Source: a virus (Duplodnaviria; Caudoviricetes). Taken from it: 25,711 bases of DNA. The DNA is taken from the IMG/VR virus record IMGVR_UViG_3300005662_000207, positions 1-25,711 of that record. One strand, 5' to 3'. A program made the translations under genes and the position numbers. This document shows, in pieces, positions 16,479 to 24,546 of this stretch; positions within the stretch are counted from its first letter, which is position 1, and every line of letters starts with the position of its first letter. The notes under the pieces are model-generated. The model did not search any database. It had not been told where the DNA came from and saw only the letters and a program-made list of their open reading frames with translations.

Positions 16479-16822
16479 AAAACTGGCAGTATATTGGAAC
16501 AATTTTAACTGGAGTTGCAGCTCTTATAACTGCTGGAGTTGGACTTTATGAAAAACTGCACACAGTCCAAAAAGAAATTTACAAAGCAGTTGCTCCTCAA
16601 AAAATTAGTCGGGAATATGGTATTGTTGATGATAAAGACGGCTGGGTAAATCTTAGATCAGAACCAAACGTTAACTCGACAGTAATGGCTAGGATATTAA
16701 ATGGAACAAATTTAGAAATACTTGACAAAGCAGAAAATTGGTTTAAAGTTTCTACTGAAAGCGGAAGAATTGGATACGTATTTAAAGACAGATTAATATT
16801 AGTAAATTATGAAAACAAGTAA
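16475..16822 (+). CDS. membrane-anchored bacterial SH3 (SH3b) domain protein
   Basis: N-terminal hydrophobic helix; DKDGWVNLRSEPN.NS......NG..LEIL.....WFKV....G..GYV. Confidence 0.8.
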   Translation: MKNWQYIGTILTGVAALITAGVGLYEKLHTVQKEIYKAVAPQKISREYGIVDDKDGWVNLRSEPNVNSTVMARILNGTNLEILDKAENWFKVSTESGRIGYVFKDRLILVNYENK

Positions 16823-17006
16823 CGTAATGGAATGGATAATTATAGGAGTTATTGCAAGCGCTCTTTTTATTAGCTTTGGAGGTATTGCTTTTAATGACTA
16901 TCTTTCGTATTTAACTATAAAACAAAAAACCGATCTGATTAAAGAAGCTATTGCTAAAGATTGGTCCGTTGAGCAGATTCAAGGCTTAATCAATTCAAAA
17001 CTATGA
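16809..17006 (+). CDS. small membrane protein
   Basis: 65 aa with one hydrophobic helix. Confidence 0.6.
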   Translation: MKTSNVMEWIIIGVIASALFISFGGIAFNDYLSYLTIKQKTDLIKEAIAKDWSVEQIQGLINSKL

Positions 17007-17428
17007 ACACCCAACATCCCGAAGACATCATCTACAAAACAAAAACATTTATTAACGAATTGCAAAAAGTCCAAGAAACATATTTTACGGATTTAGTTAG
17101 CACGTTGAATCTCAATAATACAGGAGAGCAGTGGTTGTTTGATTATGTGTACAACACTTCTGAAGAAGATAGATATGACGATTTTGAGCATTTTTTGGAA
17201 GACTATAAACACACATATAAAGAAATGACTCACGAAAGTGATATGCTTTACAATCCTTCTGTTACTCTTCTTTCTACTCCTACTGACATTTTTAGTCCTT
17301 TGTCTCATATGAGTTCTCATGAGCCAGAATTGGAAACGTCTTTTCCGTCGTTTTATGACGACAAAGAACAAATTGGCTTTGAGCTAGACACACTATATGC
17401 AACAAATTCTAGCATTAGCGTTGACTGA
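17003..17428 (+). CDS. acidic hypothetical protein
   Basis: 141 aa; ATGA overlap with the upstream ORF. Confidence 0.55.
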   Translation: MNTQHPEDIIYKTKTFINELQKVQETYFTDLVSTLNLNNTGEQWLFDYVYNTSEEDRYDDFEHFLEDYKHTYKEMTHESDMLYNPSVTLLSTPTDIFSPLSHMSSHEPELETSFPSFYDDKEQIGFELDTLYATNSSISVD

Positions 17429-17434
17429 TTTATA

Positions 17435-18004
17435 ATGATAAACAAAATTAAAATAACAGATCTAAGTGAAGCAGAGGGATATAGCTTCAACAAAAATGAT
17501 ACGTCATATGACGTGTGGATTTCCGTTGTTGGTGTTGAAGACAAACGAAAAATTGCAAGAATGAGAAGCAATTTTCGGGAAAAAAACACAGCTTTCTTTG
17601 CTCAATTTTTCGCCGACTGGTCAGATGAAGACGGAATTCAATGGGGGCACTTAATGCAGGATGCTCCTCAAAAACAACATATACAAAACATTATTACTTT
17701 TTTAAGACCTTTTGCTGAAGACGATAAACCTCATTGTTTAGGGGTAAATTGTTTTGCTGGCATCTCGAGATCCACAGCCGTAGGAATTACAGCTCTTGTT
17801 ATGTCTGGCAGAACAGTAGAGCAAGCGCTAACCGAGATTTTGAAAAGACGAGTTGTTGCTTGGCCGAACATAAGAATTTTAGGGTTTGCTTCAGAAATTC
17901 TCGGAGTAGACATTAAAACCCATGTAGCTGACTGGAAAAAACAATGCCTGGAGTCGTCTGAAATCTTCACTATGCCCGACAGAAAACAAGATCCTCAGCA
18001 ATGA
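17435..18004 (+). CDS. protein-tyrosine/dual-specificity phosphatase superfamily protein (CX5R)
   Basis: P-loop VNCFAGISRSTA, upstream FAD, downstream WPN.RI. Confidence 0.85.
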   Translation: MINKIKITDLSEAEGYSFNKNDTSYDVWISVVGVEDKRKIARMRSNFREKNTAFFAQFFADWSDEDGIQWGHLMQDAPQKQHIQNIITFLRPFAEDDKPHCLGVNCFAGISRSTAVGITALVMSGRTVEQALTEILKRRVVAWPNIRILGFASEILGVDIKTHVADWKKQCLESSEIFTMPDRKQDPQQ

Positions 18005-18375
18005 CTTCCGTTGATTTAGACCAAGCAATCGAATTGATTAACGGAAAAAAGACCTCCGTCGAAGACATTTGCAAATTTCTATTCTCTTACATTCAAAACT
18101 ATCAAGACGAGAGAGAAAGCTATCATTTACAAGAATTTAAAGATGAACATCAACACAGGGACGACGTTAAAAAGTCATCAGAAGTGGTGGATCAATATGC
18201 TGATATTTTAGAAAAGAAAATACAAGCAGATGTAAAACGATTTGCTGTCTCTTTTGCAAATGATAGCATCGACAAAATTCTGGATGGTATGAACGAAAAG
18301 CGTTTTAGAACTAAAAAGGGCCCTCGGAATTTTTTAGTGCTCCTTGCTGCTCTTAAAGAGCTGTATGAAGTTTAA
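18001..18375 (+). CDS. hypothetical protein
   Basis: 124 aa; ATGA overlap; converges on the - strand block. Confidence 0.6.
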   Translation: MTSVDLDQAIELINGKKTSVEDICKFLFSYIQNYQDERESYHLQEFKDEHQHRDDVKKSSEVVDQYADILEKKIQADVKRFAVSFANDSIDKILDGMNEKRFRTKKGPRNFLVLLAALKELYEV

Positions 18376-18803
18376 ACCTTGACGCTTCTAGCAACGCTAG
18401 CTAGATTATCCATAGCGATGGCCAATTTTTGTTGAGCCCATACTTCAAGATGTCCGCCAGAAGCACAAAAAGAAGCAATTTTCATAATCGATTCTCTGAT
18501 GGAATCAAGATTTTCGATGGCCATTTCGTCCTCTTCGTTTTCCTGAGACACATCTTCGCTAGGCATTGCAGGGCTAATGTCGACTGCCATACCCGTAGTG
18601 TCTTTGTCTTCAGGGCCGATATCTTGGACTTCAGAATCAATCATATTCATGTCAACACCAGGAGCAGGTTCTTCCATAGCTCCCACATCTACTACCGAAT
18701 TTGGGTCTGTAGAAACTTCTTCGTTTTCTCCAGGCATGCTTGTAGTTTTCTTTGCTATTGAAAGATATGCTTCGGTTAACATTTCTGATTCTGTTTTCTT
18801 CAT
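18372..18803 (-). CDS. acidic late protein, putative virion internal protein
   Basis: TAAATA 5 nt upstream. C-terminal MA..NL..I......LEVWAQQKLAIA.DNL..V helical motif, which I recognise from large-myovirus proteins. Confidence 0.6.
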   Translation of the reverse strand: MKKTESEMLTEAYLSIAKKTTSMPGENEEVSTDPNSVVDVGAMEEPAPGVDMNMIDSEVQDIGPEDKDTTGMAVDISPAMPSEDVSQENEEDEMAIENLDSIRESIMKIASFCASGGHLEVWAQQKLAIAMDNLASVARSVKV

Positions 18804-18832
18804 GATATTATTTATCTATTTTGTGTTGTTTA

Positions 18833-19897
18833 TTAGTAGATATTTATACTAGAAACGTTCGAGCTCGTCGTGAGCATTCCGTAACTCATTGGTCCTTCTA
18901 TTATTACATTAAATTCCCCAGCGCTATGAGCTGAAGGAGATACGAATAGCACGTAATTAGTTTTATCATATGACCATGTTTTTAACTTAACTGCACTGAA
19001 TGCTGGATAACTAGCAGACAAATATGAAACTGTTCCAAATGGATTATAAGACGATACATCATTAAACATAGAACCTGATAAATAAACGTTGTTTATTTTC
19101 TCGAATCCTTTGCCCCACATTTCATATGTTTGGGTTTTTCCCTTATTTCCGAAAACGGGTTCAATTACTTCTATTGTTGGAGGAGAAGCTTTATATGTAA
19201 ATGTTTCCTTTGGCTCTAAATCTTTATCTTCTAATAAAAATTCATCCAAAATAGTTGCAGAGTTTATAGCCGTATGATTTGTTGTAATCTCATTAACAAT
19301 ATTTACTGGATCTTGTGGAGCCTGAAACATCCAACCTTTAAATACAAACGACATTTCCGCCACGACTTTTGCTACCTGAGTCGATGTCAAATCATACGGA
19401 TACTGTATTGACACGTCTCCATTCCAAAAAACGTTTGATCTAATTTCAAAATCTGGTCTTTGAGGCGTTCTCCACGAAACAGTAAAATATGGATTTATGT
19501 ATGGAATAATGTGAGAAATAATTTGATCCATGTCTTGTTGGTATCTCGTCATTATTGATACATTAAAAGTAATATCAATGGGAAGAGGAGAACGCTCATG
19601 TTGAGCCTTCATTTCTCCGCTAAAATGTTGATATGTACCTAAAATTTTATTAAAAACTCGGTTATTATCTCGGGAAATACCACCTATAGTTACTGATACT
19701 ACAGGAAGTTGCAAATTCTGATCTCGATCTAACAGGTCATTAAGCACTCTTTGTTTTGGGGCGTAGACAATTCGCGTTTTTATCTGATCCCTGGCTTGTT
19801 TATGTACGTTGAAACGTTTGACAATGATCGTAGACATGCTGTTTAAGAACATGTTGGTCATTGTTATGACTTCATGGTCATACGTATAAGTTATCAT
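18833..19897 (-). CDS. tail sheath stabilizer/terminator (T4 gp15-like) with C-terminal Ig/IPT-like extension
   Basis: YAPKQR, LPVVS, PLPIDITFNVSIMTRYQQDMDQIISHIIPY and F.FKGW motifs, plus about 115 extra beta-rich residues. Confidence 0.85.
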   Translation of the reverse strand: MITYTYDHEVITMTNMFLNSMSTIIVKRFNVHKQARDQIKTRIVYAPKQRVLNDLLDRDQNLQLPVVSVTIGGISRDNNRVFNKILGTYQHFSGEMKAQHERSPLPIDITFNVSIMTRYQQDMDQIISHIIPYINPYFTVSWRTPQRPDFEIRSNVFWNGDVSIQYPYDLTSTQVAKVVAEMSFVFKGWMFQAPQDPVNIVNEITTNHTAINSATILDEFLLEDKDLEPKETFTYKASPPTIEVIEPVFGNKGKTQTYEMWGKGFEKINNVYLSGSMFNDVSSYNPFGTVSYLSASYPAFSAVKLKTWSYDKTNYVLFVSPSAHSAGEFNVIIEGPMSYGMLTTSSNVSSINIY

Positions 19898-19902
19898 TTA
19901 TA

Positions 19903-20757
19903 TTAGTCTTCTAAAGACCAGCTACCTTTTGTTGTGCTGAAATACGGATCAATAATACGATCAAATTTTGACAAATCTGCTGTATCTTCATCATCAAATT
20001 CTAAATCTTTAACCTCTTCTTCTTCAGAAGTTTCTTTTTCTTTGGTAATTTCGGTTAGTGCTCCTGCATCCAAGAGTGCAAGACCTTTTGTCATTCCAAC
20101 GGTTTTTAGCACTTCTTCCCATGTCATTTCTTTGTCGTTTGGTAATTTGTTAAAAGCTTTTTGTAAGTCGGAGTCGTCCGAACTAAGGTCTGCGGCTTTC
20201 GCATAAAAAACGTCAACGTCTTTTTCTTCTGTAGGTTCTTCTTTCGTAGATTCTTCTTCTGTGGGTTCTTCAACCTTTTCAGGTGCTTCTTCCAACGCTT
20301 TATTAAGAGCCTGTTTAAACTCTTTTTGTGTCATTTCTTTATGTAAAGCTTCTTCCCCACCAGCAGTTGTATATTTGACTTTGTTTTTTAACAAAGTCAT
20401 TAATCTGTCAGCTAAAAACTTCGCTGCCCATTTTCCAGAAGCTTTGAGACCCGTCTTGTTAGAAACAGTTTGAATCGCTGTTTGAATCGCTCCGTGAAGA
20501 TCCTCGGCGTTGTCCACTGTAGGAGCATAGGTGTTGTCTCGTTCGGAAAAAACTTCTTTAAAAATTTCTTGAAGAACTGCATTGCGCTCTTCACCGGTTA
20601 ATTTTTGAAGAGGAGCCCAGTGACCCTTTGGTTCCCCTTCTGGAACGTTTCCTTTAATGTGCTCAGCTGCACCTCCAAACCCGCCAATATCTCCGATATC
20701 AGCAGGCATCATTTCGCTAATCATTTGTTCGAGAAGAGCGTCAAAATTCTTTGTCAT
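19903..20757 (-). CDS. acidic late hypothetical protein, putative virion internal protein
   Basis: TAAATA 5 nt upstream; Glu-rich EEPTEE repeats; N-terminus MTKNFDALLEQMISE. Confidence 0.6.
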   Translation of the reverse strand: MTKNFDALLEQMISEMMPADIGDIGGFGGAAEHIKGNVPEGEPKGHWAPLQKLTGEERNAVLQEIFKEVFSERDNTYAPTVDNAEDLHGAIQTAIQTVSNKTGLKASGKWAAKFLADRLMTLLKNKVKYTTAGGEEALHKEMTQKEFKQALNKALEEAPEKVEEPTEEESTKEEPTEEKDVDVFYAKAADLSSDDSDLQKAFNKLPNDKEMTWEEVLKTVGMTKGLALLDAGALTEITKEKETSEEEEVKDLEFDDEDTADLSKFDRIIDPYFSTTKGSWSLED

Positions 20758-20765
20758 GAGTATAT

Positions 20766-21377
20766 TTATTGTATTTTTAATATTTTTCGAATAATATCGT
20801 ACGTTTGTTGCTTTATTTCATCTGGAACACTATTGGCCATGCCCTGTTTAAATTTATCAATTTGCCCCGTAGTTGCTAAATTTCTCAATTTAGACGCACT
20901 CATTCCAGACATCCCTTCTGAATCTGGATCTCGTTCTCCAGCAGAAACAAACTCAAAACTATTAAAATTAAAAACAACGTCTCCAGTTTTAGTAGGCTTG
21001 CCGTTGTATTTGTTTACTAAAAACGAAAACTCAGAAATACGGTCAGAGCCAGCAACTTGAATCACGTCGGTATATCCCATTTCTTGTAATTTTTGCAATG
21101 CCTCTATATACGTTGTCCCAAAAGTTCCAACTCGTCCGTTTGGAGTCATGTATTTTAAAATTTTAATTTTTTGATTGGGATTTAAAGGGTTTTTATCAAG
21201 AGGTTTAACTGAATGAGACGGAACGATCAAAAAATCTGCGCTGTGCTTTTTAGCAGCGTTTACAACTGCCTCGATTAACATATTATGAGCAGTTGTTGGA
21301 GGATTGAATCTACCATATGCAAAAACTATTGCTTTTCTGGTTTGTTGCTCTTTAAAAAATTGTCTAAACGTTCTCAT
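20766..21377 (-). CDS. HIGH-superfamily nucleotidyltransferase (phage cytidyltransferase-like)
   Basis: YGRFNPPTTAH, KNPL, VAGSDR, VSAGERDPD and MSASKLR. Confidence 0.88.
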   Translation of the reverse strand: MRTFRQFFKEQQTRKAIVFAYGRFNPPTTAHNMLIEAVVNAAKKHSADFLIVPSHSVKPLDKNPLNPNQKIKILKYMTPNGRVGTFGTTYIEALQKLQEMGYTDVIQVAGSDRISEFSFLVNKYNGKPTKTGDVVFNFNSFEFVSAGERDPDSEGMSGMSASKLRNLATTGQIDKFKQGMANSVPDEIKQQTYDIIRKILKIQ

Positions 21378-22633
21378 TTTGTTGCAAATTTATCTGACTT
21401 AGAAACAGCAAAATTAGCAGCAGAAAACGACAACCTATCAACAAATTTTACCATGTTACCAGAATGATCTACAGCCACATATCCTTCTGGAGCAGAAACT
21501 TTTAATGACCCATCAGGTTGAGTTAAAAATTGTTTTGTTTTAATTGCTGAATTATATTTTTCGATGAAAATTGTTTTGACCTTTGCTAATTTCATTGTAA
21601 GATTCAACAAATTCAATATGCTAGGCTTATTTTTTTCGACGACAGACAGTAGTTGTGTTAGAGCTTCTTGTTTTTTTGCTCTTCCCTTTTCTGTTTTTAA
21701 TTGATTTACAGCTTGGGCCCCCTTGGTTGCAATCCATTTTGCAAATGAATTGTAATCTTCTCGTGGCTTTTGAACAAACTTTCCTTGTCGAATCAAGCTG
21801 TTTACAAATGTATTTAAATATACATACAAATTATCTGGAACTTCCTCCCATTTAACTTGATTTCCAGCAGCCAAAGAAGCATCAATTAGCGTCTCAAATT
21901 TTTCTGATTCTTCGTTTGTAAATGTAGCTGTACCTGAGACGTCTTTAAATTTAGCATCATCAACAAATACATCGGGTGTTAAATTAAATTCGGAAACATT
22001 TACATCAGAACTTTTGGTCAAATTTTGCAAATTCATTCCTTTGTATTTTGTATGAAATACAACCCCCATTTTAGAGCTCAAAATACGCTGACCGAGCGCG
22101 CTATGCTGTTCCACTGCATACGTTATTGTGTTTGGTTTAAACAAAATTAAATCTTCCCCATCGATGTTTTGTTGCAGCAAATCAGCTTTATCAAACATAA
22201 AATCTCCCTGGTAAATGCCTTCTTTAATTACTGAGGGAAGATAAGTTAAAGCCAATTTGAGCTTCGCAGCTAATCCCGGAGCATGTCCGTGGTTTTTGTT
22301 AATATCATCTTCAGAATAATTTATTTTAGGGGTCACATTACTAATACTTTTAGTAGAAACAAAAAACTGTTTGGTTTGTGGATTGTACCCTGCAATAATA
22401 GAAGGAGCTCCATCAAACTTTATGCTCACAAATGTTTTGGAATCCGATTTTCCTTTAAATATATCAAACAATTCTTTTAAAAATTGAATGGCCAAAGACA
22501 GACCCTGTTGTTTTTTTGTCAATACAAGTTCCTCCAAGTGCGTTAAATGAGTTAACACACTTTCGTTTGTTTGTTCAACAATTATATGTTCAGAAGCTTG
22601 ATTATAAAAACTTCTAAAAGAAGTATCTAACAT
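21374..22633 (-). CDS. DUF6267-like protein with RNA/DNA-ligase-type nucleotidyltransferase motifs
   Basis: THLTHLEE, SIKFDGAP (motif I Lys), YQGDFMF, FKPNTITY, PEGYVA (motif IV) and VKFVDRL.FS.ANF (motif V). Start placed at ATG 22633, 5 nt after TAAATA (22639-22644, - strand). Confidence 0.8.
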   Translation of the reverse strand: MLDTSFRSFYNQASEHIIVEQTNESVLTHLTHLEELVLTKKQQGLSLAIQFLKELFDIFKGKSDSKTFVSIKFDGAPSIIAGYNPQTKQFFVSTKSISNVTPKINYSEDDINKNHGHAPGLAAKLKLALTYLPSVIKEGIYQGDFMFDKADLLQQNIDGEDLILFKPNTITYAVEQHSALGQRILSSKMGVVFHTKYKGMNLQNLTKSSDVNVSEFNLTPDVFVDDAKFKDVSGTATFTNEESEKFETLIDASLAAGNQVKWEEVPDNLYVYLNTFVNSLIRQGKFVQKPREDYNSFAKWIATKGAQAVNQLKTEKGRAKKQEALTQLLSVVEKNKPSILNLLNLTMKLAKVKTIFIEKYNSAIKTKQFLTQPDGSLKVSAPEGYVAVDHSGNMVKFVDRLSFSAANFAVSKSDKFATK

Positions 22634-22666
22634 AAAGGTATTTATCAAAACCTCTTAATTAAGTTT

Positions 22667-22801
22667 ATGAAATTTGATGAAATAGTAAATGTAGTATTAG
22701 AAAAATGCTGGAAGGGATATACTCAAAAAGGAATGAAAAAGAAAGGGAAAAAAATGGTTCCTAATTGTGTAAAGAAAAAGCCTAATACCAAGAAGGCTTA
22801 G
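22667..22801 (+). CDS. 44-aa basic protein with CWKGY...MVPNCV motif, not in the ORF track
   Basis: MKFDEIVNVVLEKCWKGYTQKGMKKKGKKMVPNCVKKKPNTKKA*; TAATTA at 22656-22661, 5 nt before ATG. Confidence 0.75.
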   Translation: MKFDEIVNVVLEKCWKGYTQKGMKKKGKKMVPNCVKKKPNTKKA

Positions 22802-23309
22802 AACGTTTTGACCAAGTAGCAAAAGGCTTGTCGTATTGTATATATAACTTATACTTGTCCACGGTCGGAAGCTGTTCAAACCCTTTAATCTTCTTGCATT
22901 TAGACTCTGGATTAATTGCTGTAACAAATGGAGTTAGTTTTGTGCATTTGAAATGTTCTGCTTTTTTGACATTATTTTTGCACCATTTAATAAATGTTTT
23001 TGTAAAGTGTTCGGTAGAGCTCGGCCAGCGATAATCTCTTTCGTTAAACATTTCTAAAGCATGTTCGCAAAGCCAATTAAAGTTGGCTTCTGATTCTCTA
23101 ACCCATATGGAACAAGGATGGTTGTAATAACCTTTGCCAGACTTACGAGGAGTACCTTTCTTGGTAGGAGGAGCAGATTTTAAAGTCTCGTTAGAGAAGC
23201 AATGTTGCAAAAGAATAGCAGATTCAATTTGCATTTTGGAACGACAATGTTGATCACAAAGTTCTTGAGCAGAAATGATTGGATCATCACTTGTACAAAA
23301 TATATTCAC
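22782..23309 (-). CDS. pyrimidine-dimer DNA glycosylase / endonuclease V-like protein
   Basis: MNIF....DP...AQ.LCDQH..KM.IESA.LL and Y.NHPCSIWVRES..NF.WL motifs. Confidence 0.8.
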   Translation of the reverse strand: MNIFCTSDDPIISAQELCDQHCRSKMQIESAILLQHCFSNETLKSAPPTKKGTPRKSGKGYYNHPCSIWVRESEANFNWLCEHALEMFNERDYRWPSSTEHFTKTFIKWCKNNVKKAEHFKCTKLTPFVTAINPESKCKKIKGFEQLPTVDKYKLYIQYDKPFATWSKRSKPSWY

Positions 23310-23315
23310 AAACTA

Positions 23316-23343
23316 AGCATACTCTTTAAAAATAAAAAGTCAA
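23316..23343 (-). promoter_or_regulatory. sigma70-like promoter (TTGACT-N16-TATGCT)
   Basis: GTG start at 23309, 6 nt after the -10 box. Confidence 0.55.
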
Positions 23344-24542
23344 CTTAATAAATGACCACGAATTTTGTCTATCATTCCAAATCGGGATTGAGCTCCCCCT
23401 TGTCCATTTTTTCTCTTTGAGAAAATTACAGGTAAATATTTTCCATTTAAATCAATCGTAGCGTCAGTAAAATACAAATCTCCATCTCTTTTTCTAATGT
23501 GAGCATATAGATTATCTCCTTTTTGGCGAATAAAATCTTCTATTGGAACAAAGCTTCCGTTGGTAAGTTTAATTACGTTTGGATCATTTGTTTCTTCTAT
23601 TTCAACATCCATGCTGCCAATATAGTAATAAGATACAGGACCACCCATTTCTTTTGTTCCAGCTAACATAGCAGCTATAATATTTGAAGGAACTTTTATG
23701 GAAACATCAGGAACCAATTTGTTTTTATACAAGTTTTGGCCTTGCAATTTGTGCATTTCGATATTTTTTTTATAATAAGCGTACGCCTTTTTGTAAAAGT
23801 TAGCAACAAAATTAAGAATTTCAGGATTGCTATTATTTTTTGTTAGTTCTTTAACACCCAAAAGACCCCCGCTTCCAAGCGTTGGAGCTGATTGGCCTTT
23901 TGCTGATACATAAAGTTCTTTATTCGGAAGAATTAATTTTACGTCACTGTATGGTTCAGGTCCATTTTTTATAGTTTTTTCTACTTTTTCTGCTGCAATA
24001 ATATTTTCAATTGTTGAACCATCTTGAGAAATTATTGTTTTAACTCCAGGAACGGAATTTATGTGATCTATTAATCCTCTTTCTTGTCTTTCGCTGGTTT
24101 GAGCTTTAGCTCCTTTTCCTCCAAAGTCAGCAGACTTTACCATATCTTTAAACGAAATTGGTTGACCGGACTTGGTTTTAAAAAATGGAAATTGATTTAT
24201 TTTTGCTCCTCCTATTTGTCTAAGCTCTTCCACTTTTTGTTGAGCGAATAAATTACTGTACTTTTTATCACTGTATACCAAGATCTCTTGATTTCCATTT
24301 TGTAATTCAAACGGTTCCTGGTTTTTTATTTTTGTGTCAACGGCAGTTAAACGAGAATATTTTCGCAGTGCGTCTGTAAAATCAGCCCAATTTAAACTTT
24401 TTTCTTCTAAAAACGTTTTAAACTCAGAGTTGTATATACTTTCGTACTTTTCGGTCAAGCTAACAAATTTATTAACAGTCTTGACATCTTCTTGTCGAAG
24501 CAGCTGCTCATAAATTTTAACTAATCTGTAATCTTGGCCCAT
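23340..24542 (-). CDS. putative PD-(D/E)xK (restriction-endonuclease-fold) protein, late
   Basis: K..DFGG, ERQE helix and EPYSDVKL......YVSAK (D...SxK variant); TAAATA 5 nt upstream. Confidence 0.55.
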   Translation of the reverse strand: MGQDYRLVKIYEQLLRQEDVKTVNKFVSLTEKYESIYNSEFKTFLEEKSLNWADFTDALRKYSRLTAVDTKIKNQEPFELQNGNQEILVYSDKKYSNLFAQQKVEELRQIGGAKINQFPFFKTKSGQPISFKDMVKSADFGGKGAKAQTSERQERGLIDHINSVPGVKTIISQDGSTIENIIAAEKVEKTIKNGPEPYSDVKLILPNKELYVSAKGQSAPTLGSGGLLGVKELTKNNSNPEILNFVANFYKKAYAYYKKNIEMHKLQGQNLYKNKLVPDVSIKVPSNIIAAMLAGTKEMGGPVSYYYIGSMDVEIEETNDPNVIKLTNGSFVPIEDFIRQKGDNLYAHIRKRDGDLYFTDATIDLNGKYLPVIFSKRKNGQGGAQSRFGMIDKIRGHLLS

Positions 24543-24546
24543 TGTT

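Noticed and set aside
20220-20290. Short repeats encoding EEPTEE
   Set aside because: Low-complexity acidic linker within a CDS, not an independent repeat element.
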